The notes beneath the pieces were generated by a model. That model searched no databases. It saw only the letters and a program-made list of their open reading frames with translations, and was not told where the DNA came from. A program made the translations under genes and the position numbers. 64,000 nucleotides of DNA from Candidatus Altimarinota bacterium. Lineage in GTDB: Bacteria; Patescibacteriota; Gracilibacteria; 1-14-2-50-48-13. The DNA is taken from contig JBKBWQ010000001.1 in NCBI GenBank assembly GCA_046314355.1, forward strand, positions 1,312,001 to 1,376,000. Reading direction: 5' to 3'. Position 1 is the first letter of the stretch; each line of letters starts with the position of its first letter. This document shows, one piece after another, positions 38,701 to 47,446 of the stretch.

Positions 38701-41430
38701 TTATACATTCTTTCTCACCACCTTATACACCTCCATCAATATCATCAAACTAAGAGCGGCTACAAATACTAGTAGCCATGTCTGTAGAGAGACTGGCTGG
38801 ATTTGAAGGAGATCCTGAAGAAAAGGAATATTTGATGCTATGAGATGAATGGTATGAGCGATTATTACTCCCGCGACGAGAAGCAGATTATTCCGTAATG
38901 GTATTTTAAAAGCAGAGATATATTCAGACCGTACAGTAAATACATGTACATTCTGCATAAGTACCATAAGGAGCAGAAGTAGAGTTCTCGCAAAGCTTTC
39001 ATCAAATCCCTGATGAAGCATCCAGGTCCACACAAAGAAGGTAAGCAGTCCGATATAACTTCCACTGATAAGTACCTGCTCGATCATTCGTCTGTTAAAA
39101 ATACCTTCTGTAGTTGGTCTTGGAGGTCTCTGCATAAGACCTGGTTCTTTCTTTTCAAAGGCAAGAGCTATTTCCTGTACCCCGTTTGTGACGAGATTGA
39201 TCCAGAGCAGCTGCAGCGGAAAGAATGGTACCGGTAAACCTGAAAAAAGTGAAAGAGCAAAAAGGCAAAGCAGACCAGCTCCGGTAGGGATCAAAAGGTA
39301 GACTGCTTTCCTTATATTATCATAAGCAACCCGCCCTTCTTCTATACCGGCAACAAGGGTAGGGAACTGATCATCTTGTAATATGATGCTTGCGGTATCC
39401 TTTGCCACATCAGTACCGGATCCCATGGCGATTCCAATGTGCGCCTTCTTGAGAGCAGGAGCATCATTCACACCGTCACCTGTAACTGCTACATAATTTC
39501 CCAGTTTACTCAGAGTCTCTACGATCTGCACCTTTTGAAAAGGAGATACTCTGGCAAATACCCGTGCATTCTGTATAAGTGCTACTGTTTCTTCAGGAGT
39601 TCTAGAGTCCGTATATTTTGCTAATAATTCTCCTGTAACTACCTGATCCCATTCGCTCGTGATATCGAGCTCCTTTGCGATCGCAAAGGCTGTGGCAGGG
39701 TGATCCCCTGTAACCATTACTACTCTGATACCTGCAGTGTGACATTCCTGCACTGCTTCCTTTACGCCTTCATGGAGCGGATCGATGAGACCAATTAATC
39801 CTAAAAAGGTCATGGAACTGAGTTCTTTTTCTAATGCTCCATTGTCCTTGTAAACTGTTAGTTTTTTTTCTGCCACAGCTATGACACGATACCCCTGTTC
39901 CGCGAGATTATTTACTTTTTCATTCAGCAGCTCCTTATCAATATCTGCAGTTCCTTCAGCTGTCTGCATGCAGTCACACATGGCAACTATGGCCTCATAA
40001 GCACCTTTTGATGCAAGAGTATAGGTATCTTTTTCCTTATAAAGAGCTGCAGAGTAAGCTCTTTCAGATTCAAAGGGGATACTTTCTATAATATTTTGTC
40101 TAAGTATCTCATCAATAGGAGGTGCAGCTTTATAGGAAAGTGCAAGAAGACCAATATCCACAGAATCTCCTGAATATTTCCACATAGTATCTACTTTGTA
40201 GAGTGCAGCTTCATTACATATAACACTTGCCCGGATGAGTTTATTCACTGACTCCGTATTATTAGCCGAGATTTCTTTGTCCTGATAGAGGATATTTCCA
40301 TTATCATTATAACCTTCTCCGGTCACATCCATCTCCATATGCGGGGCAATGAGTATCTTTTTTGCAGTCTGCATATTGACTGTGAGAGTTCCAGTTTTAT
40401 CAGAGGCTATATAATTACAGCTTCCGAGTGCTTCCACAGCGGCAAGCTGTCTGATGATGACCTTTCTTTTTGCCATACGCTGTGTGCCGATTGCGAGCGC
40501 TACAGTGACAGCGATAGGTAAGCCTTCCGGTATGGCTGCTACAGCCAACCCAATGGACATCAAAAGAGTATCTTCCAGAGAGTTTCCTTGTAAAAATCCT
40601 ACTATTCCCAATAGTACTACTACTCCTAGAATGCTTATACTTACCATTTTAGAGAACTGTTCCATTCGTATTACGAGAGGTGCTTTTCCTCTTGTAGCAG
40701 TAGATACTTTTTCCGCGATTTCACCTACGATAGTATTTTTTCCTGTCCGTATCACCACTCCTTCAGCTCGACCGGCATTTACAGTAGATCCTGCGAAAAG
40801 CACGTTTATTTGACTTGAGATATCTTCACTCTCTCCCGTGACAATATCAGCATGTTTTTCTACAGCTATGGATTCGCCAGTGAGAAATGATTCATCTACG
40901 GTTAACTGCTGTGTACTTAATATCCGAATATCTGCCGGCACCTTATTTCCAGATTCAAAAAGAACAATATCCCCGGGCACAAGATGCTCTGCTTCTATTT
41001 CCTGTATCGTACCATCTCTTCTGACACGGCATGTGGTGACTAGCATTTTTTTCAGTGATGCAGCTCCTTTTTCAGCATTCCATTCCTGTATTGTCCCAAG
41101 TACTGCATTTATAGTTATGATGACTACGATCATAAGTGCATCTTTCCATCTGCCTAGAAAAAGGGAAATGGCAGCTGCCCCAATCAATATCGCCACAAAA
41201 GCACTGATAAACTGTCTTAAGAAGATCTGAAGCAATGTTGGAGGAGGTGTTTCAGGGAGCGTATTACTTCCAAAACTCTCAGTCCGTTTTGTAACTTCAT
41301 TTAAAGATAATCCTGTCTGCTGATCTGTATCCAGTATTTCAAGCACTTCTTTTGTATGTAAAACATGCCAGCTCTTCACTGACAAAATTTTTCTGTAACC
41401 TGTATGTAAATTATTTTCTGGATGTGTCAT
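38701..41430 (-). CDS. P-type cation-transporting ATPase (type II, Ca2+-like)
   Basis: TGES, AIPEGL, SDKTGTLT phosphorylation motif, MVTGDH, TGDGVNDAPAL. Confidence 0.95.
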   Translation of the reverse strand: MTHPENNLHTGYRKILSVKSWHVLHTKEVLEILDTDQQTGLSLNEVTKRTESFGSNTLPETPPPTLLQIFLRQFISAFVAILIGAAAISLFLGRWKDALMIVVIITINAVLGTIQEWNAEKGAASLKKMLVTTCRVRRDGTIQEIEAEHLVPGDIVLFESGNKVPADIRILSTQQLTVDESFLTGESIAVEKHADIVTGESEDISSQINVLFAGSTVNAGRAEGVVIRTGKNTIVGEIAEKVSTATRGKAPLVIRMEQFSKMVSISILGVVVLLGIVGFLQGNSLEDTLLMSIGLAVAAIPEGLPIAVTVALAIGTQRMAKRKVIIRQLAAVEALGSCNYIASDKTGTLTVNMQTAKKILIAPHMEMDVTGEGYNDNGNILYQDKEISANNTESVNKLIRASVICNEAALYKVDTMWKYSGDSVDIGLLALSYKAAPPIDEILRQNIIESIPFESERAYSAALYKEKDTYTLASKGAYEAIVAMCDCMQTAEGTADIDKELLNEKVNNLAEQGYRVIAVAEKKLTVYKDNGALEKELSSMTFLGLIGLIDPLHEGVKEAVQECHTAGIRVVMVTGDHPATAFAIAKELDITSEWDQVVTGELLAKYTDSRTPEETVALIQNARVFARVSPFQKVQIVETLSKLGNYVAVTGDGVNDAPALKKAHIGIAMGSGTDVAKDTASIILQDDQFPTLVAGIEEGRVAYDNIRKAVYLLIPTGAGLLCLFALSLFSGLPVPFFPLQLLWINLVTNGVQEIALAFEKKEPGLMQRPPRPTTEGIFNRRMIEQVLISGSYIGLLTFFVWTWMLHQGFDESFARTLLLLLMVLMQNVHVFTVRSEYISAFKIPLRNNLLLVAGVIIAHTIHLIASNIPFLQDLLQIQPVSLQTWLLVFVAALSLMILMEVYKVVRKNV

Positions 41431-41564
41431 AGTAGAAATAATACTTTATCTTTTTATTATACGTGTGGATAACCGAAATAAACAAGGAAAATATGGAAGA
41501 AAAATGATCAACCAGTTTTCTTGAATACTAATCTCTAGTATAATACATATATAACGATCTTCTT

Positions 41565-42026
41565 ATGAATAAACGCCTTCTTATTATTGTAGGAATACTT
41601 GTACTATTTGCGATACTCGCAGCTGTATTCTTTTTTTGGAAAAAACCCGTATCTATTGTGCAGGATACAGGCAGTGCTGTGACTCTTCCTGTATCTGAGG
41701 ATGAGATTCTGATACCAGATCCATCCTATTATCTCTCTAGAGCCCAGCCCTATTTCCAAGAGCTGGAATCTGCTATAAACAAAAAAGATTATATTACTGC
41801 ATCTCAAGCCAATGAAAAAATACATGGCTTTCTTACAAAAATGGAGCAGGTAAGTGTAGTTCAATATGCAAAAGATCAAGTTATATTTCTCATAAACGCT
41901 TCAGTAGATATAAAGGATTCACTCAGTAGCCGTAATGATGCTGATATAAAAAAAGCGCTGGAGAATCTTCGTATGATGAAGGTGCTGCAGTTTCAGTCGC
42001 AGAAAGGGGGAATTGGGACTCAGTAA
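41565..42026 (+). CDS. hypothetical protein with N-terminal membrane anchor, helical
   Basis: 153-aa ORF, MNKR followed by a hydrophobic helix. Confidence 0.7.
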   Translation: MNKRLLIIVGILVLFAILAAVFFFWKKPVSIVQDTGSAVTLPVSEDEILIPDPSYYLSRAQPYFQELESAINKKDYITASQANEKIHGFLTKMEQVSVVQYAKDQVIFLINASVDIKDSLSSRNDADIKKALENLRMMKVLQFQSQKGGIGTQ

Positions 42027-42124
42027 GAAAGTAATTAAGTAAGAGAGCAATTAGCTCGCTATAATTAGATACGCATTATTGAGCCCAATTACTCTCTTAC
42101 TTAATTATTCAATTACTTTCTTAC
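42007..42124. repeat. palindromic AATT-rich element overlapping the stop codon of the upstream gene
   Basis: GTAAGAAAGTAATT (42023-36) / AATTACTTTCTTAC (42111-24); TAATTAAGTAAGAGAG / CTCTCTTACTTAATTA; contains a GAGCCCAATTA unit. Confidence 0.75.
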
Positions 42125-42133
42125 TTCTTTCCC

Positions 42134-42162
42134 TTGACTCTTCCCCCCACTTTAAATAAGAT
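42134..42162 (+). promoter_or_regulatory. sigma70 promoter for tRNA-Thr/tRNA-Tyr
   Basis: TTGACT-N17-TAAGAT. Confidence 0.7.
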
Positions 42163-42195
42163 AAACACGCTTTTAAAAATTTGGAAGCACTAAGT

Positions 42196-42271
42196 GCCAC
42201 TTTAGCTCAGCTGGTAGAGCTACTGTCTTGTAAACAGTAGGTCGTCGGTTCGAATCCGACAAGTGGCTCCA
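42196..42271 (+). tRNA. tRNA-Thr(TGT)
   Basis: GCCACTTTAGCTCAGCTGGTAGAGC ACTGT-CT-TGT-AA-ACAGT ...GGTTCGAATCC...AAGTGGCTCCA. Confidence 0.96.
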
Positions 42272-42356
42272 GTAGAGGTTATCATCATAAGGAATGGTCG
42301 CTTGTACTGGAGCTATACTGATGAGAAGAGTTTAAGGAAACAGAGAAATAACCCCC

Positions 42357-42442
42357 GGGCAGATTCCAGAGCGGTCAAATGGGGCGGACTGTAAATCCGT
42401 TGGCTTACGCCTTCGAAGGTTCAAATCCTTCTCTGCCCACCA
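42357..42442 (+). tRNA. tRNA-Tyr(GTA)
   Basis: GGGCAGATTCCAGAGCGGTCAAATGGG GCGGA-CT-GTA-AA-TCCGT, long variable arm, GGTTCAAATCC...TCTGCCCACCA. Confidence 0.96.
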
Positions 42443-42590
42443 TTCTTCGCTTCTACACGAAGCTACGAACGGCACAGCCAGAATGGAATGAACTTCATAA
42501 ATGAAGTTTTTTTATTATATACAGCGAAGAATGTCCCTCGTAGCCTACACCTGAACTCTAAGTTACATGTTCATCATGGCGAAGTGGGAC
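42443..42590 (+). repeat. tRNA-3'-abutting palindromic element, copy 2
   Basis: Starts immediately after CCA; near-identical to the reverse complement of 1-137; nested inverted repeats and an internal AACTTCAT/ATGAAGTT + T-tract hairpin. Confidence 0.9.
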
Positions 42591-42665
42591 ACCCAAACAT
42601 GAAGTTAAGCTGTATATTGGTAGCCTTTTAATAGTCATTAAAATACCACGAATCTCTTTCCCTGA

Positions 42666-42916
42666 GAGCAAAAGCATAACGCTGATACTACAGCCGATTT
42701 CCGGCGCATACTTCTTCGGTCACTTTCACGACGATCCGAAACACCTTTTAGCGTGTCTTTTGCTACTTTCAACAAACATTATAAACTGAAAAACCTCACT
42801 ATCATAGTATTGTAGAGAAGGTATACATTACGCTACGAGGTCTTGGAATACTTGTGGTAGATGGTCAGGAAATTGAAATGAAGCCTGAGACAATGATTCA
42901 TATTCAACCAAATTCC
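42666..42916 (+). pseudogene. frameshifted cupin-domain remnant
   Basis: From 42791: KPHYHSIVEKVYITLRGLGILVVDGQEIEMKPETMIHIQPNS (cupin motif 1 and start of motif 2); the upstream part TPFSVSFATF is in another frame; no start codon. Confidence 0.55.
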
Positions 42917-42946
42917 TTAATTGCTTTTAGATCGCGTTTGACGCGA

Positions 42947-42986
42947 CTCTCATACTTAATTACTTTCTTACTGTCCCACTTTCCCC
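42947..42986. repeat. inverted copy of 42007-42047
   Basis: Reverse complement GGGGAAAGTGGGACAGTAAGAAAGTAATTAAGTATGAGAG vs GGGGAATTGGGACTCAGTAAGAAAGTAATTAAGTAAGAGAG. Confidence 0.75.
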
Positions 42987-43019
42987 TTGCATCTGATCTC
43001 GACTTCTTGTAAAAAGAAT

Positions 43020-43337
43020 ACATATGGGGTATACTTTTATGAACAGTAAAAGATACGATATCTACTAAGAAATTTTTAAGAGAAATCGACGAGCCTTGAA
43101 TTAGAACAACTGTATCAATCTGTAATTTAAATATTTATATATATTCTATCCCCGTTGTGACTACGGAGATTATCCGAAATTCTTTGATAGGAAGGGTGTA
43201 AGAAAACTGGACATGTACTTTTTTCTTATCCTTCCACAGCTAAAGTGAGCCTTAAACAAGCAGTGTAAACAAGTGGCATGCGCCATACTATTTGCATGGA
43301 TAACCATGGGACAACTGGGTAGATAACTTCAAAAGTT
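43020..43337 (+). promoter_or_regulatory. long structured 5' leader (or small RNA) upstream of rnj
   Basis: Stems ATGGGGTATA/TATCCCCGT, ACAG..GATAC/GTATC..CTGT, GGAAGGGT..AAGAAAA/TTTTCTTATCCTTCC, CATGG/CCATG and ATAACT/AGTTAT over the start codon. Confidence 0.4.
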
Positions 43338-45464
43338 ATGCAAGATCCAATCAACACAAATCCAATACCGGAAGGTATGCCAAGTAACGGTACTCCGCCG
43401 ATCAGAAGATCACGGGAGATTAAACGTACTATTACAAAGAGTACTGGACATCAGAGAAGAATTCCTCCTGTATCTACAGATATGCAGAGACAGGGATTTA
43501 TTCCTTCGACTCCTCTTGTAAGAAGACCAGAGGGCACACAAGATAGAGGACCTGTAAAGGTTGACTATCCTCCTCGGACGCCAAGTTCATCTGTGACTCC
43601 AAATGCTCAGACATCAGAGCCTCGTACAGAACAGAAGCCGGGATTTTTCTCACGTATGAGAAATAATTTTACGCGCTCAAATACACCTCAAACTCAAACT
43701 CCTGACAGAACTATGCCTGCAATGACACCTGCGGCTCAGCCAGTTCCTCAACAGAGAGAGTATGATGTGAATACTACTCCTATGCGTATTATGCCTGTAG
43801 GTGGTCTTGATGAAGTGGGAGGTAATAGTATGCTCGTGGAATACGGCAATGATATTGCTATTATTGACTATGGTTTCCTTTTTCCAGGGACTGAACTTCC
43901 AGGTGTCGACTTTATTATTCCAGATCTCACTTATGTAGAGAAGAATCTTCATAAGCTACGAGGTTTTATCATTACGCATGCGCATCTTGATCATATCGGA
44001 GCACTGCCGCATATTCTGGCAAAACTAAATTTTCCGCCTATTTATGCGACAAAATTTACGATGGGAATGATCAAAAAAGGTCTTGATGAAGCAAAAATTC
44101 TAAAAATCATGCAGCCTAAGCTTCATATAGTAGATAGAGATATTCCTATTCAGATGGGAAAGATTACTTTTGAGTACTTCAAAGTAAGTCATTCTATTCC
44201 TGACTGTTCAGGAGTATATATCCAGACTCCTGCAGGTACAGCAGTACATACGGGTGACTTCAAATTTGACTTCAATCCTGCAGACGGAGGACATGCTGAT
44301 CTAGAGAAGATGGCAAGAATAGGCGAGAGAGGTGTAGATCTTCTTATGGCAGACAGTACAAATGCTACTCATGAAGGATTCTCCATATCTGAAATGGAAG
44401 TGGTAAAATCTCTTGAGAAACTCATCGTGGAGGCTGAAGGGAAACGTATTATTATTGCAACCTTCTCATCACTTCTCGGGCGTCTGCAGCAGCTTATTAA
44501 TATTGCTGAGAAATACGACCGTACAATTTTTGTGAACGGACGAAGTATGATCAACAATCTCGTACTTGCGAGAGAGATGGAAGTAGTAAAATTCAAAAAA
44601 GAGCGTGTACGAAGAGTAACTGCAAATATTAAAGATACTCCTCCAGAAAAAACTATTATCCTTACTACAGGAAGTCAGGGAGAAGAAATGGCAGGACTCA
44701 CACGTATGGCGCTTGGATCTCATCAGCATATCCAGATTAGCCGGGAAGATGTGGTGATCGTAGCTGCGAAGCCTATCCCAGCCACTGGTAATGATAGAAA
44801 GCTCGTAAATGTGATCAACTTTATCACGAGAAGAGAAGCTAAGGTCATCTGTACCTTTAATAATACAGCTCTACTTCATACATCAGGACATGCCTTCAGA
44901 GGGGAACTCCGTATGATGATGAAGCTTATGAAGCCTAAAAATATTATGCCGATCCATGGAGAGCTCTTCATGCGGGTAGCTCATAGACAGCTTGGTATTA
45001 ATCTTGGTATTCCAGAGAAAAATGCACATCTCATTGATAATGGTGAGATCATGGAGATCTTGAACGGTCAGGTAACAAAATCCACAGATAAGATCAAACT
45101 TCTTGATCAGATCTCGGATAACGGAATGATCGGAGCCATCAATGATCCAATCATTATGGAAAGACTTACTCTTATGGAAGAGGGAGTAGTTACAGTACTT
45201 TTCAAAGTACGAAGATCTGATAGAACTCTTCTTGCAACTCCTAAGATCATATCTCGAGGATTCGTCCTCAGAGCTGGGCTTCAGAGAATCTATGACGAAC
45301 TTGAAAAATCAGCTAAAAATAGCTATGAGAAACTTCTCAAGAGATCTATGCAGCAGGATAAGAGAAAGGATATTATTCACCTCTTGAAGGCGGAACTCTC
45401 CAGATTCCTTGTGCAGAAGTTCGATAAGAAACCATTGATTATACCAGTTATAATTGAGATATAA
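43338..45464 (+). CDS. rnj: ribonuclease J with ~145-aa low-complexity N-terminal extension
   Basis: PVGGLDEVGGN, THAHLDHIG, HSIPD, HTGDFK, DSTNA, TGSQGE, HTSGHA, PIHGE. Confidence 0.95.
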   Translation: MQDPINTNPIPEGMPSNGTPPIRRSREIKRTITKSTGHQRRIPPVSTDMQRQGFIPSTPLVRRPEGTQDRGPVKVDYPPRTPSSSVTPNAQTSEPRTEQKPGFFSRMRNNFTRSNTPQTQTPDRTMPAMTPAAQPVPQQREYDVNTTPMRIMPVGGLDEVGGNSMLVEYGNDIAIIDYGFLFPGTELPGVDFIIPDLTYVEKNLHKLRGFIITHAHLDHIGALPHILAKLNFPPIYATKFTMGMIKKGLDEAKILKIMQPKLHIVDRDIPIQMGKITFEYFKVSHSIPDCSGVYIQTPAGTAVHTGDFKFDFNPADGGHADLEKMARIGERGVDLLMADSTNATHEGFSISEMEVVKSLEKLIVEAEGKRIIIATFSSLLGRLQQLINIAEKYDRTIFVNGRSMINNLVLAREMEVVKFKKERVRRVTANIKDTPPEKTIILTTGSQGEEMAGLTRMALGSHQHIQISREDVVIVAAKPIPATGNDRKLVNVINFITRREAKVICTFNNTALLHTSGHAFRGELRMMMKLMKPKNIMPIHGELFMRVAHRQLGINLGIPEKNAHLIDNGEIMEILNGQVTKSTDKIKLLDQISDNGMIGAINDPIIMERLTLMEEGVVTVLFKVRRSDRTLLATPKIISRGFVLRAGLQRIYDELEKSAKNSYEKLLKRSMQQDKRKDIIHLLKAELSRFLVQKFDKKPLIIPVIIEI

Positions 45465-45566
45465 GGGCTCGAGTAATTAGGGCTCAATAATTGGGCTGCA
45501 ATAATTGAGCTCAATTACTTAATTATGTGCAACCAATTACTCAATTATTTAGTTACTAAATTACTT
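45465..45566. repeat. TAATT-GGGCTC inverted array, copy related to 20251-20408
   Basis: TAATTAGGGCTCAATAATTGGGCTGCAATAATTGAGCTCAATTACTTAATTATGTG matches the reverse complement of ~20283-20345. Confidence 0.75.
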
Positions 45567-45568
45567 TC

Positions 45569-45883
45569 ATGAACCGACCAACAATAACCGAAGACATGAT
45601 CGTTGCCGAGATCATTGAGCAGCATCCAGAAGTAGTAGACGTCCTTTTCAATCACGGAATTCAGTGTTTCGGATGTGGTGCATCTACGTCAGAAACGATA
45701 GGAGACGGATATAGAGGTCACTACGGACCAGATTCAGACGTAAAATCCTTTATGGAGGAGATCAACGCTGCAGTCATCGTAGAGACATGCTACAAATGTG
45801 AGCAGGTCTCATCGTATGATGAACCGCTTTTTAGAGCACTTGTAGGAGGTCAGGAGAAGTGGGTGTGCAAAGGGTGCTTCTAA
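45569..45883 (+). CDS. DUF1858-domain protein with C-terminal CxxC..CxxC motif
   Basis: ITEDMIVAEIIEQHPE..VLFNHGIQCFGCGAS..ETI; CYKC...CKGC. Confidence 0.8.
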   Translation: MNRPTITEDMIVAEIIEQHPEVVDVLFNHGIQCFGCGASTSETIGDGYRGHYGPDSDVKSFMEEINAAVIVETCYKCEQVSSYDEPLFRALVGGQEKWVCKGCF

Positions 45884-45940
45884 AGGATAAGAATTAGGGA
45901 GATGCCTTATCCTTAATTCTCATCCTGATCCTCATCCTAA
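45884..45940. repeat. hexamer-unit inverted array / hairpin
   Basis: AGGATAAGAATTAGGGA / TCCTTAATTCTCATCCT plus extra TGATCC, TCATCC units. Confidence 0.55.
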
Positions 45941-45986
45941 ATGGTCCAACGCAGCTTCACTTATCGCTCAGCTCTACAGTAAAATT

Positions 45987-46018
45987 AAAAGCGCATACCA
46001 AGAGGTATCCGCTTTTTT
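45987..46018 (+). terminator. intrinsic terminator
   Basis: AAAAGCGCATACC-AAGA-GGTATCCGCTTTTTT. Confidence 0.65.
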
Positions 46019-46108
46019 ATCAGAGTTTATCATGAATAACTTGCCAATCTAATGACAAGTTTATACCATGTAGGCAAATGTAGTTCTATTTATTTTTGTT
46101 CGCTTGGT

Positions 46109-46675
46109 ATGAAAATTATTCTTGGTTCCTCCTCAAAATGGAGACAGCAGATACTGCAGGAGGCAGGTATTGAGTTCACGGTATGCAGTCCGGATATTGA
46201 TGAAAAAGCAATACGTCATGAGGATCCAAAAGAACTTGTGAGACTCATTGCTCATGCTAAAAATGATGCAGTTTTGCTTAAAATCCAGGACCCAAGTTTA
46301 GTCATTACTTCAGATCAGGTAACAGTCTTTGAAGGGGTGATTCGTGAAAAACCTGAGTCTGAAGAAGAAGCAAGAATGTTTTTGAGAAGTTATAGCAATG
46401 CGATGGTACAGACTGTAACAGGTGTTTGTGTCAGCAACACTGAAACTAAAGAATTGAGAGAAGGTATGGATGTGGCAGAAGTATATTTTGATACTATACC
46501 TGATCATGCCATTGATCTTCTCATACGGCAGGGAGATGTGATGACCTGTGCTGGAGGATTTGTCACTGATAATCCTCTTCTAGATCCGTATGTAAAAGAA
46601 ATACGTGGAGCAAAAGACAGTGTTATTGGTATGCCTCTAGAACTTACGCTGAGTTTGTTAAAGCAGGTACAGTAA
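46109..46675 (+). CDS. maf: Maf-family nucleoside triphosphate pyrophosphatase
   Basis: MKIILGSSSKWRQQIL, PDIDEK, ITSDQV, IREKP, CAGG, SVIGMPL. Confidence 0.92.
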   Translation: MKIILGSSSKWRQQILQEAGIEFTVCSPDIDEKAIRHEDPKELVRLIAHAKNDAVLLKIQDPSLVITSDQVTVFEGVIREKPESEEEARMFLRSYSNAMVQTVTGVCVSNTETKELREGMDVAEVYFDTIPDHAIDLLIRQGDVMTCAGGFVTDNPLLDPYVKEIRGAKDSVIGMPLELTLSLLKQVQ

Positions 46676-46736
46676 GACTAATTTTTCCCTAGGTCAGCTA
46701 ATGTGCTATACTATACTCTATAGCACTTCTTTTTTT

Positions 46737-47426
46737 ATGAAAAAACAACTCCCTTCAGTCACTCTCCTTGGTCTCGATTGTCTCGATATTGACCGCCTCA
46801 TTCAAGCCGCAGAGATCTGTAAAAAAGACTTTGAATTTGCAGATGTAAAACTTCTTACCTCACTCCCAAGCACACACGAGAGTATAGTTCCAATAGAAAC
46901 TATCGATCGCATCTCAAAGTACTCAAATTTCATGATTCATAAGGTAAATTCTTATGTAGAGACAAGTCATGTGCTCATCATTCAGTATGACGGATTTATC
47001 TTAAATCCTGCAGCATGGACTGATGAGTTCTTAGAATATGACTACATAGGTGCTCCTTGGTGGAGAAGAGGGGAAATGGTGGTTGGAAACGGTGGCTTTT
47101 CACTTCGTAGTAAAAAGCTTTTGGATATACTTCAGAACGACCCAGAGATTATTCCTATTCCTGAAAAGGAACCTGAGGATATCTATATTTGCTATGATCT
47201 TCGAGAGGTGCTGGAGAAAAAAGGAATCAAATTCGCGCCTGTAGAACTAGCAAAAAAATTTGCTATCGAGGCAAATGAAATAGTGGGTCATATATGGACT
47301 GATCAACTTGGATTTCATGGACTTAGGTGGACTGATATTTCGAATTGGACCACACATCATCCACAGTATAAAATTGATAATACTCTCGTAGAGATTGTGA
47401 AAGATGGGAAAATTGTTCAGTTATAA
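46737..47426 (+). CDS. DUF5672-family glycosyltransferase-like protein
   Basis: HVLIIQYDGFILNP..WTDEFLEYDYIGAPW, VGNGGFSLRSKK, PEDIYIC, GFHG. Confidence 0.82.
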   Translation: MKKQLPSVTLLGLDCLDIDRLIQAAEICKKDFEFADVKLLTSLPSTHESIVPIETIDRISKYSNFMIHKVNSYVETSHVLIIQYDGFILNPAAWTDEFLEYDYIGAPWWRRGEMVVGNGGFSLRSKKLLDILQNDPEIIPIPEKEPEDIYICYDLREVLEKKGIKFAPVELAKKFAIEANEIVGHIWTDQLGFHGLRWTDISNWTTHHPQYKIDNTLVEIVKDGKIVQL

Positions 47427-47446
47427 ATGAACCTTTAATAATAAAT

